From: a virus
Taxonomy: Duplodnaviria; Caudoviricetes
Virus record (IMG/VR): IMGVR_UViG_3300017971_000297
Coordinates: 1 to 63,645 of that record
Reading direction: 5' to 3' (one strand)
DNA: 63,645 nucleotides
Positions 1-7,031 of the stretch are shown here, in pieces. A program made the position numbers and the translations under genes. A model generated the notes under the pieces. That model saw only the letters and a list, made by a program, of their open reading frames with translations. It made no database searches and was not told where the DNA came from. Numbering within the stretch: position 1 is the first letter of the stretch; the number at the start of each line of letters is the position of its first letter.

Positions 1-201
1 AACCCCTGGGATAAGATCAAATTCAAGTGGGGTAAAGGCCATATGGTTGGTACCCTATCTAAGTATATAGGTGAAGACTACTGGTGGGTGTTATTTACAG
101 ATGGGTGTTTTGACAGGTGTGTAGAGATGAGAGGCTACATGTTCTCCCACGCCAACCCAGTTACCTACATGAGACGGAGCAAAGAATCTCGTGAGCAATA
201 A
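1..201 (+). CDS. Partial (5'-truncated) small SH3/KOW-like protein with C-terminal YM[KR] tag
   Basis: Not in the ORF track. Frame 1 translated by hand: NPWDKIKFKWGKGHMVGTLSKYIGEDYWWVLF...ANPVTYMRRSKESREQ*, stop TAA at 199-201, overlapping the next gene. Confidence 0.7.
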   Translation, partial: NPWDKIKFKWGKGHMVGTLSKYIGEDYWWVLFTDGCFDRCVEMRGYMFSHANPVTYMRRSKESREQ

Positions 202-418
202 TAAGTATAAGTTAGGTGATAGGGTTAGATTTAATAGTCAGAGGCTTAAAGGAGTAGGGGTAGTGGTGGCTATTTCTCAATTTGCTCCAGATTGTTATGT
301 GGTTCAAGGCCCGCCCCGAGCGGGTGGTCGCGGCCTCCGGATAGGCTTACACGAGAAAGAAATGAAATATGACACTATAGACTATATGAAATATATGAGA
401 AGGAAAAGGGAAGAATAG
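191..418 (+). CDS. Small SH3/KOW-like protein, YMK-tag family
   Basis: KYKLGDRVRF...GVGVVVAI...YVVQ beta pattern; ends YDTIDYMKYMRRKREE. Confidence 0.75.
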   Translation: MSNNKYKLGDRVRFNSQRLKGVGVVVAISQFAPDCYVVQGPPRAGGRGLRIGLHEKEMKYDTIDYMKYMRRKREE

Positions 419-666
419 TGGGTTGGAAACAAAAGTTACACCTATTTCAGTTGGGAGATAGAGTAAACTTTGATTACCTGGGCAGGAAAGTAACGGGGAA
501 GATTACAGGTATAAGGACCACTAAATCTCCCTATTCTGGATTCCCTCTATATCAGGAGTATACGGTAGAATTCTCGGATGGCCGCCGCATGAATATGTGC
601 TGCTGCAAAGAAAGTGACCTTATGCTGGCAGATACTATAGAGTATATGAAAAGGAAGAAACAGTGA
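418..666 (+). CDS. Small SH3/KOW-like protein, YMK-tag family
   Basis: FQLGDRVNF...TGKITGI...YTVEFSDG; ends ADTIEYMKRKKQ; TAGTG overlap with the previous gene. Confidence 0.75.
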   Translation: MGWKQKLHLFQLGDRVNFDYLGRKVTGKITGIRTTKSPYSGFPLYQEYTVEFSDGRRMNMCCCKESDLMLADTIEYMKRKKQ

Positions 667-884
667 AATATAAGGTAGGAGACAAGATTAAGCTGTCTAC
701 GGGATATGAGTTTAGCCCGCAGGTGTATATCGGAACAGTAGTAAGAGAGCCTACCAAGAAGAATAATCTCTATTTGATAGAATTCAAGGCAGATGAGAGA
801 GGTACACAAAGAATATACCTAACCGCTGATCAAATTAGGCCTTTAAATGTAATGACTTATATGAAGCGAGGTAAAAAGAAGTGA
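663..884 (+). CDS. Small SH3/KOW-like protein, YMK-tag family
   Basis: MKYKVGDKIKL...IGTVV...YLIEF; ends LNVMTYMKRGKKK; GTGA overlap. Confidence 0.75.
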   Translation: MKYKVGDKIKLSTGYEFSPQVYIGTVVREPTKKNNLYLIEFKADERGTQRIYLTADQIRPLNVMTYMKRGKKK

Positions 885-1093
885 AGTTTAAAGAGGGAGA
901 TAGTGCTTTATATACGGACGAGGAGGGTACAGTCCATAGAGTAAAGATCCTAGAAGCTTACCCCGTAACACGATGCTATATAATAACCCCTGTGATCAAC
1001 CAGGATACAGGACATACAACGGTGGCTGTAGCAGAATACTACTTAAAAATAGACTTGTTGAACTATATGGTTGATAGGAAGAGTAAAAAATGA
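881..1093 (+). CDS. Small SH3/KOW-like protein, YMK-tag family (variant)
   Basis: MKFKEGDSALY...VKILE...YIITP; ends IDLLNYMVDRKSKK; GTGA overlap. Confidence 0.72.
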   Translation: MKFKEGDSALYTDEEGTVHRVKILEAYPVTRCYIITPVINQDTGHTTVAVAEYYLKIDLLNYMVDRKSKK

Positions 1094-1362
1094 CAAAATA
1101 TGCGTTAATTCCACTTTTAGCCCTAGTGGTTTTAGGATGTTTTCTACTTAAGGCTACCAGCGAGTTAGACAAGTCAATAGATTCCTTTTCTAAATCTATA
1201 GATAACCTAGAGTGTGTCTATGAAGTTACTGAAGGCTGGCCAGAGAAATTTCCTATGGAAGAGTTCAAGGAACGGATGCCAGATGCTCCCTGGACCAAGG
1301 AGAGTATAAACTCCTTCGTGGACTTATTGGTAGAAGATTGTATGAAAGCTAAAGGCTATTAG
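1090..1362 (+). CDS. Hypothetical membrane-anchored protein or lipoprotein
   Basis: N-terminal hydrophobic stretch ALIPLLALVVLGCFLL; ATGA overlap. Confidence 0.65.
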   Translation: MTKYALIPLLALVVLGCFLLKATSELDKSIDSFSKSIDNLECVYEVTEGWPEKFPMEEFKERMPDAPWTKESINSFVDLLVEDCMKAKGY

Positions 1363-1436
1363 ATATACCCCTGAGATGCACCAGATTGCTCTGTATCGCG
1401 TTTTAATTGCTCAGGCATACCCAGATAGAGGCTAAA

Positions 1437-1673
1437 ATGATTAAGAAAGAGACTAAGATAACAAAAGTAGAACGAATACATACAGTTAGTGTTATTTGCG
1501 ATGTATGTAAGAAAGAGATCACTCCTGACGATACATATGAATGGCAGGAGATCCATTTTGTAGCCTTTACCGGAGGCTTTGGGTCAGTTTTTGGAGATGA
1601 TACTACTGTTCAATGTGAGATTTGCCAACACTGTCTGAAGAAGCTTATAGGACAATATTGCCGCTATGATTAG
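1437..1673 (+). CDS. Small Cys-rich (zinc-finger-like) phage protein
   Basis: VICDVCKK ... CEICQHC; ATG at 1437 after GAGG preferred over the TTG at 1407. Confidence 0.7.
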   Translation: MIKKETKITKVERIHTVSVICDVCKKEITPDDTYEWQEIHFVAFTGGFGSVFGDDTTVQCEICQHCLKKLIGQYCRYD

Positions 1674-1944
1674 ATATTATAATGGAGATTGCGTGAAAGT
1701 ACAGGTATTCTTTCCGGGCAATCACAAGGGACCCAATACTAAGTGGGTTTCTGGTACAGTTATATCATGTGAGTACGGGAATCCAGAAGGCGTACATATG
1801 CCTGATAGCTATACAGTACTTTTAAAGCCCAGGAACGAGGAACTGTTTTCCTTCGGCTTTGGTGAAGTAGCTCCCATCTTAAGCGTAGGACCTAAATACA
1901 TTAAGAGAGACACTTTGGGGTATATGAGGAAGAATAAAAAATGA
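1666..1944 (+). CDS. Small SH3/KOW-like protein, YMK-tag family
   Basis: RYYNGDCVKV...WVSGTVISC...YTVLL; ends RDTLGYMRKNKK. Confidence 0.72.
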   Translation: MIRYYNGDCVKVQVFFPGNHKGPNTKWVSGTVISCEYGNPEGVHMPDSYTVLLKPRNEELFSFGFGEVAPILSVGPKYIKRDTLGYMRKNKK

Positions 1945-2246
1945 GCAAAGACGATATCTTAGATGATCTTAAGGGTACTTGTGAGAAGTCTAGGCACCCC
2001 TATCTTAAAAAACCCCGATTCTATCGGGTTGTAAATAGGGGCAAAAAGCGGTGCCCCAACAGTAATAGCGGGCTTCATACTCCTGATAAATTGGAATGGG
2101 GAGTAGATTTAAGAGACGACAACCACATGGTAGACTTATGGTGCGGAGATTGCGGTAAGAAATTCAGGAAGATACCCTTCAGAGACTTACCGGAAGAATT
2201 TCAGGACCATATAAACAAGACGCTGGAGGAGAAAATTAATGTTTAA
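1941..2246 (+). CDS. Hypothetical zinc-binding protein
   Basis: C-x6-H and WCGDCGK motifs; ATGA overlap. Confidence 0.65.
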   Translation: MSKDDILDDLKGTCEKSRHPYLKKPRFYRVVNRGKKRCPNSNSGLHTPDKLEWGVDLRDDNHMVDLWCGDCGKKFRKIPFRDLPEEFQDHINKTLEEKINV

Positions 2247-2490
2247 ATTTGGGGATTTTGTGAGAGTTACCTCCGGCCATCCGGAGTATAACTTCTGGTC
2301 TGAGGCTATAGGTATGGTATTAGATTCCTCTTGGTCTCCTCAGTCGGGTAACCAAGAGTATAGAGTAAGAATGACACATCCTACACTTACAGGCATACAT
2401 TATGATGCTACATTTGAAGGATGGCATTTAAGTTCGGTAGATACTATAGACTATATGAAGTACAGGAAAAGGAAAGAGTGGCAGGTATGA
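2239..2490 (+). CDS. Small SH3/KOW-like protein, YMK-tag family
   Basis: MFKFGDFVRV...IGMVLD...YRVRM; ends VDTIDYMKYRKRKEWQV; GGAGGAG RBS. Confidence 0.75.
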   Translation: MFKFGDFVRVTSGHPEYNFWSEAIGMVLDSSWSPQSGNQEYRVRMTHPTLTGIHYDATFEGWHLSSVDTIDYMKYRKRKEWQV

Positions 2491-2813
2491 ATAAGGCTGA
2501 GAGATTACTCAAGAAAAAGAAAAAATTTGAAGATAAAGCAGATCGTATCCATGGACTTATAGAGTATAGAAAGTGGCAAAATGAGGATTCTTTAAAATTC
2601 TCTGGAAGCCCAAACCAAGATAAACCTCTAGTACACATGGCTGCTAAAAGAGATTGGAAAAATGGGTCCCTGATACCTGCCGTTATGCTAGAAAACAACG
2701 TGATAGTCTCAGGAGTTGAGGAAATTCAACAATTTAGGGACTGGTTGACCGAAATGCTATCTGATTCCCTGACTTCAGAAATGCGTGAAATTAAAGAGAA
2801 AAACAATAAGTAA
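2487..2813 (+). CDS. Hypothetical protein
   Basis: Start MNKAER at the ATGA overlap (2487) preferred over 2421. Confidence 0.62.
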   Translation: MNKAERLLKKKKKFEDKADRIHGLIEYRKWQNEDSLKFSGSPNQDKPLVHMAAKRDWKNGSLIPAVMLENNVIVSGVEEIQQFRDWLTEMLSDSLTSEMREIKEKNNK

Positions 2814-2880
2814 CATTTTTTACAGGAACAATTGTTACTATTTTGTTTAACTATGTATAAGTATTGCCCTTATTATAGAG
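2814..2880 (+). promoter_or_regulatory. AT-rich intergenic region, possible promoter for the downstream operon
   Basis: TTGTTA (2832-2837), 18 nt, TATAAG (2856-2861); weak sigma70-like match in one of the few gaps in the region. Confidence 0.25.
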
Positions 2881-3006
2881 GCATCTTTAAGGACATGTGC
2901 CTGGGTGGTTAGCTTGTCCTCCTAGCCTGTTTCTTGCGGCTTTCTGCTGCTCACAGGTAACACTTTATTTGATTCGTATCTATCCCCACCTGAAGACGGA
3001 TTAACA

Positions 3007-3195
3007 ATGAAGCCGATAGTTGACTGCCCAGGCCTAAACCAATTAGCTAGGGCCATAGAACTTTGTGATGAAATACTCTCTAGCCACACCCAGGCCAAAA
3101 TAATTTCCCTTAAAGAGCATAGATTCATAAAGGAACTGAGAGCGGAACTTATAGAAGAATTTCGCCGTCTTAGCAGAAAGATGCTATTTGGATAA
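3007..3195 (+). CDS. Hypothetical protein
   Basis: 62-aa helical ORF co-oriented with its neighbours. Confidence 0.5.
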   Translation: MKPIVDCPGLNQLARAIELCDEILSSHTQAKIISLKEHRFIKELRAELIEEFRRLSRKMLFG

Positions 3196-3204
3196 TGGGC
3201 AACT

Positions 3205-3594
3205 ATGGCATTCAAGAAATCCTTGAAAAAAGTCCTTCCTAATCCGGAAGATCAAGTCCAAATCCCCATTAAAGACGCACATTCGCTAGAAATATCCCCT
3301 ATTTGTAAAACGGAGAAAGAGTATACTGACAGGATGGTTCTTAGTATCGGCGGTCTTCACCGCAAGATAGGTATATTAAAAAGACCTGATGTATACGGAC
3401 CTGAAGATATTATAGAGGAAAAACTAGCTCTAGAGTCTGTGGGTGCTGAATTGATCATTCCGAGTATCATTAAGCCCCTAGGATTATCCAATCCTGACTG
3501 GATTACATATCTAGTACTGTTTACGCATGATAAAAAGCTGTTTGTATGCCCTGCGGACTTTGATTCATTTTCCGATATGAGGTACGGGAGGTAG
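3205..3594 (+). CDS. Hypothetical protein
   Basis: 129-aa ORF in operon orientation. Confidence 0.6.
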   Translation: MAFKKSLKKVLPNPEDQVQIPIKDAHSLEISPICKTEKEYTDRMVLSIGGLHRKIGILKRPDVYGPEDIIEEKLALESVGAELIIPSIIKPLGLSNPDWITYLVLFTHDKKLFVCPADFDSFSDMRYGR

Positions 3595-3709
3595 ACGAGG
3601 GTAACTTCGGTTACTCTCATGTGATTCCTCCCATTACTTAGTAAGCCTAAGTAACTTCCTCCTCGTCTGTTGGGTGGAGGGGCTAGTATTGCTGGTCCCT
3701 CCCCCGACA
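3586..3709 (+). ncRNA. Candidate structured RNA / cis-regulatory element (multi-hairpin)
   Basis: GAGGGTAAC-TTCG-GTTACTCTC (cUUCGg tetraloop), GGGAGG/CCTCCC, TTACTTAG/CTAAGTAA and a long hairpin at 3668-3709; G-U pairs favour the + strand. Confidence 0.5.
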
Positions 3710-3725
3710 ATTTGTGAGAATTATT

Positions 3726-3935
3726 ATGAAAATTAGGTTAGATCCTTCAAAAAATAGTGATGATTCCCGTATGATAGACGGAGCCCTAAAGATACTAAGT
3801 GCTTTAGGGGGAGGTATCCTAGAGTTAGGCCCTGGAATTTATACATCTAAAGGGATTCGTGTTCCTTCGGGGTGTGTTATTACGGGCAAGGGAATAGGTA
3901 CTCCTATCACCAGTAGTATAACCAAAAAGAAGTAA
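3726..3935 (+). CDS. Short protein resembling the N-terminal cap of a pectate-lyase-type beta-helix
   Basis: DDSRMIDGALKILSALGGGILELGPGIY...VPSGCVITGKG matches the 'AI..GGG.V.L..GTY...I.G.G' cap motif. Start could be the GTG at 3714. Confidence 0.6.
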   Translation: MKIRLDPSKNSDDSRMIDGALKILSALGGGILELGPGIYTSKGIRVPSGCVITGKGIGTPITSSITKKK

Positions 3936-3944
3936 GGAGTCGCC

Positions 3945-4115
3945 ATGACGCTCAATACTAACGCCATTTTAAGACATGTGGTGGTTGCTGGTGATGTCCA
4001 TATCGTAGGAAATAATGTACGTGTGGAAAAGTGTACTATTACCGGCAATATCTTGGTCAAAGATACAGCCAAAAACTCTAAAATACGTAATAATCGGTTT
4101 TTATTAAGGAGGTAG
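3945..4115 (+). CDS. Short beta-helix-coil-like protein (56 aa)
   Basis: Hand-translated MTLNTNAILRHVVVAGDVHIVGNNVRVEKCTITGNILVKDTAKNSKIRNNRFLLRR*; AAGGAG RBS; below the ORF-track cutoff. Confidence 0.6.
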   Translation: MTLNTNAILRHVVVAGDVHIVGNNVRVEKCTITGNILVKDTAKNSKIRNNRFLLRR

Positions 4116-4124
4116 AGAGTCCAG

Positions 4125-4319
4125 ATGGACCCTGCTAGTTTATCAATTGTAGAAGAAGGGGTTTCAGACCCACCTAGAGGAAGCGAATTAGTGGAGTGGT
4201 ATGAATTTTTGGGTGTTATGATCCTTTGGGACCTAGCCCGCTCGGTGTTTACAGCTTGGTTGACTAAATATTGGCTTAGTAAGCGTCCAGCGAAGGAAAG
4301 GAAAGCCCAGGATGCCTAA
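4125..4319 (+). CDS. Small putative membrane protein
   Basis: AGGAGG RBS; Trp-rich hydrophobic segment followed by a basic tail. Confidence 0.55.
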   Translation: MDPASLSIVEEGVSDPPRGSELVEWYEFLGVMILWDLARSVFTAWLTKYWLSKRPAKERKAQDA

Positions 4320-4638
4320 GATTCGCCACAGAGGGTCTATTAGATACTCGGAACCTACCGATATTGAGAAGCCAGATAAGCTTATCGATACAGACGAATT
4401 ACATATTGAGCGGCAGAAGCCTAATCGTGTAAAATTAGGCATCGAAGAGGGTGAGACCCGCTTTCCACCCGAGTCCGTAGCGCCTAATAAGCGGAAGTAC
4501 GACGAAAAAGGGCGTTATGTCAAGCACCAAAAGAGTGTTCAGAAGAAAAAGGAGGAACGAAAAGTTCCTTCAATGACGGAAATTATGAAAAATTCCTCTC
4601 TTTCTAACCCATACCGGAAGAAAAATGGCGGAAAGTAA
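4312..4638 (+). CDS. Basic hypothetical protein (HRG motif)
   Basis: K/R-rich; begins MPKIRHRGS. Confidence 0.6.
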   Translation: MPKIRHRGSIRYSEPTDIEKPDKLIDTDELHIERQKPNRVKLGIEEGETRFPPESVAPNKRKYDEKGRYVKHQKSVQKKKEERKVPSMTEIMKNSSLSNPYRKKNGGK

Positions 4639-5179
4639 GCAAAAAGATGTAAAATTGGCCGAAATTCCAGTGAATGCTAGTGAAGAGGCAGCTAAAAAGC
4701 GCCTTAGAAACCTATCTAAAGACGGCTGGAGTGTTGTACAGCTATTTTTACAGGAAATTCAAGCCAACGACCTGGTCAAAGAGGTGTTAGGGGGTACTAA
4801 AGTTACTCTCACTAACCAAATTGAGGTATTGAAAGAGAGAATCGAGTTAGAATTCGAAGACGACGAAGAGGTTAAAAAGTTAATTCAGGCAACTTTTCCT
4901 ACATATAACACTATTCGTAGGTGGACTAAGGCCAAAGACTGGCAAGACGCTGTGTATGGTAGCATTAAGTATGCTAATTTATTCGATAACTTCCATAAAG
5001 CGAAAGTTATTGAGGGCGTATATAAGAAAGCTACGGCAGATGGACGCCAGGATATGAAAGCCGCAGAGCTTTACTTTAAGATCGAGGCTGATGTGTTCGG
5101 TAAAAATAAAGATAAAGGGGCTGAAAGTCTGCAAGACGAGTTGACGAGCGTGGTATTAGGGAAAAAGAAGTCTAAGTAA
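4625..5179 (+). CDS. Putative terminase small subunit
   Basis: Helical 184-aa protein immediately upstream of TerL, with HTH-like PTYNTIRRW and D.KAAELYFK. Assignment is mainly positional. Confidence 0.55.
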   Translation: MAESKQKDVKLAEIPVNASEEAAKKRLRNLSKDGWSVVQLFLQEIQANDLVKEVLGGTKVTLTNQIEVLKERIELEFEDDEEVKKLIQATFPTYNTIRRWTKAKDWQDAVYGSIKYANLFDNFHKAKVIEGVYKKATADGRQDMKAAELYFKIEADVFGKNKDKGAESLQDELTSVVLGKKKSK

Positions 5180-5188
5180 GGATGAGGA

Positions 5189-6682
5189 ATGGAAGCCTAC
5201 GTTGAGTATGGTGAACCTTTAAAATTACATGAGCTGCACATTGAGGAGTTGGTCAAAACTCTAGAAGCTAAGGGCGTTAAGCTTGTTTCTTCTAAAATTG
5301 GCCCCCTGACTCCTAAGCAGGCACTGATTTGCAATGATGAAGCTCGGTTTAAGGTAGTAGCGTGCGGACGTAGGTTTGGGAAGTCGATGCTATGTACACT
5401 TATCGCCCTGGCAGTACTATTACAGCCGGGACGAAAGGTGTGGGTAGTAGCTAAAGACTACGGACTCACGGATAGGGTCTTTAAAGAACTCTATCATTTG
5501 GTGGTAAATGAACTAAAGCTCGCTAAGAGTAAGTCCATGTATCACCGGTTTGTTACCCTAAACAACGGAAGTGAGTTTAGGGGCAAGTCCTGCACCAACC
5601 GAACCTCTTTAGTTGGTGATGCTGTTGATCTCATAATTTGGGATGAGGCTGCTCTAGAAGAGCAAGGAGAAGATATATGGAACCAGGAGCTTCGGCCCTG
5701 TTTAACTGACCGAAAAGGTTCAGCTATCTTTATTTCTACTCCTAGGGGCCGTAATCACTTTTATGAGTGGTATAAGCTAGGCAAAAAAGGTGAATTTGTA
5801 CGCAATGCTTTAGAAGAAGCAGATTCAGAACTATCGGAAGAAGACATTGCTATCTCTGACTGGTCTTCATACAAGTTTACCTCTTATGCCAACACTACTG
5901 AAGAAGGGGGATATTTAGATAGGGCTGAGATTGATGCGGCTAGACTGACTCTACCGCCGCTGAAGTTTCGTCAGGAGTATCTGGCAGATTTTACGGCTGT
6001 TTCTGATAGAACCTTTCCAGAGTTTAATTTCGACACACAGCTTATAGACGAAGACTTTGGTGGAAATATCATACAGCCCAATAATCCGGAAGTTTACGCC
6101 AGCATGGACTTTAACTATTCTACACCATGTACTACTCTCTACGCCCAAATGGATGGAAACTTAAATATTTTCATTTTCGATGAGTTTGTCCCTCCAGAAG
6201 CTCAAACTACAGTTCATGCCCAAGCGAAGCAATTGTTAGAGATGGATGCTAAATTAGGAGGGGCAATAAAAGTAGTTGTAGCTGATATTGCGGGCAAACA
6301 AAAAGATTTGGCTGGAAGAAGTGCCTGGGATGATTTAAATTCTTGGGGAATCTATCCCACAGGCAGGAAGCAAAGGATAGAGACGGGCTGTGACCTGATC
6401 CGCCTCTGGTGTAAGTACCCTGTCATAGATGAGAAGGGGAAAATACTCTTTGAGGAAGATGGATTAACTCCCATAACATATCCTAAACTATTTGTACATA
6501 AGAGATGTGAAAGTCTTATTTATGCCCTAGAAACTGCCACTGCGCCAGAAACCCAAGGAGGATTGCTGAAAGAGGGATATAAAAAGGACGGTAAAACGGA
6601 CGGACCCTTGGATGCTCTCCGGTATTTATTGGTATATTTGCTCCATGATTCCGGTTATGTAGGAGCAGTTCCAGTAATTTAA
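5189..6682 (+). CDS. terL: Terminase large subunit
   Basis: Q-motif LTPKQ, Walker A GRRFGKS, Walker B LIIWDEAA, motif III FISTPRG, FRQEYLADF, nuclease motifs SMDFN and DGPLDALRY. Confidence 0.95.
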   Translation: MEAYVEYGEPLKLHELHIEELVKTLEAKGVKLVSSKIGPLTPKQALICNDEARFKVVACGRRFGKSMLCTLIALAVLLQPGRKVWVVAKDYGLTDRVFKELYHLVVNELKLAKSKSMYHRFVTLNNGSEFRGKSCTNRTSLVGDAVDLIIWDEAALEEQGEDIWNQELRPCLTDRKGSAIFISTPRGRNHFYEWYKLGKKGEFVRNALEEADSELSEEDIAISDWSSYKFTSYANTTEEGGYLDRAEIDAARLTLPPLKFRQEYLADFTAVSDRTFPEFNFDTQLIDEDFGGNIIQPNNPEVYASMDFNYSTPCTTLYAQMDGNLNIFIFDEFVPPEAQTTVHAQAKQLLEMDAKLGGAIKVVVADIAGKQKDLAGRSAWDDLNSWGIYPTGRKQRIETGCDLIRLWCKYPVIDEKGKILFEEDGLTPITYPKLFVHKRCESLIYALETATAPETQGGLLKEGYKKDGKTDGPLDALRYLLVYLLHDSGYVGAVPVI

Positions 6683-6702
6683 GCCAAGTAAAAGGAAAAA
6701 AC

Positions 6703-7029
6703 ATGACTGACAGTATTATTCAAAATAGACGTATGATACGTCAAAGATTTGACCCGACAGCTTTTCATCAGACAGTAGAACTAGACGCGGTCACTACTTC
6801 CGACAAGGTAAAACTTGATGTCGTAGCGACAAAGATCACTGTTCAGCCCCCAACCGGTATGACTATTACGGTAGATGTATCCTTGGACGGAATTCGGTGG
6901 ACCCAAGTAGTTACAGGCCTCACAGCCCTGTTTACTTATGGAGACGCCATTGGTGATCATCTAGTTAAACATGTGAGAATAACGAGAACTGCTGGTTCTT
7001 CGGGGAAAGTAATAATTGTTGGAGCCTAA
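6703..7029 (+). CDS. Hypothetical beta-rich (possibly virion) protein
   Basis: VDVSLDGIRWT...HVRITRT pattern typical of small jelly-roll domains. Confidence 0.65.
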   Translation: MTDSIIQNRRMIRQRFDPTAFHQTVELDAVTTSDKVKLDVVATKITVQPPTGMTITVDVSLDGIRWTQVVTGLTALFTYGDAIGDHLVKHVRITRTAGSSGKVIIVGA

Positions 7030-7031
7030 GT

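Noticed and set aside
284-294. GCTCCAGATTG, a third copy of the left half of the bipartite motif
   Set aside because: It is inside a CDS and the right half (CAGGYATACCCAG) is absent at the expected distance.
370-381. TGACACTATAGA matches the 3' 12 nt of the SP6 promoter
   Set aside because: The upstream specificity bases (ATTTAGG) are absent, it encodes the D-T-I-D part of the tag, other tag copies diverge, and no single-subunit RNA polymerase is in the window.
371-2459. Recurring 20-mers as a CRISPR array
   Set aside because: Only three copies, irregular spacing (260 and about 1800 bp), all inside coding sequence, and no cas genes.
3640-3709. Twister or hammerhead ribozyme (GTGGAGGGG and GGTCCC resemble twister segments)
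   Set aside because: The required order, UAA cleavage loop and pseudoknot partners are missing, there is no CUGANGA/GAAA core, and the segments simply pair as a hairpin.
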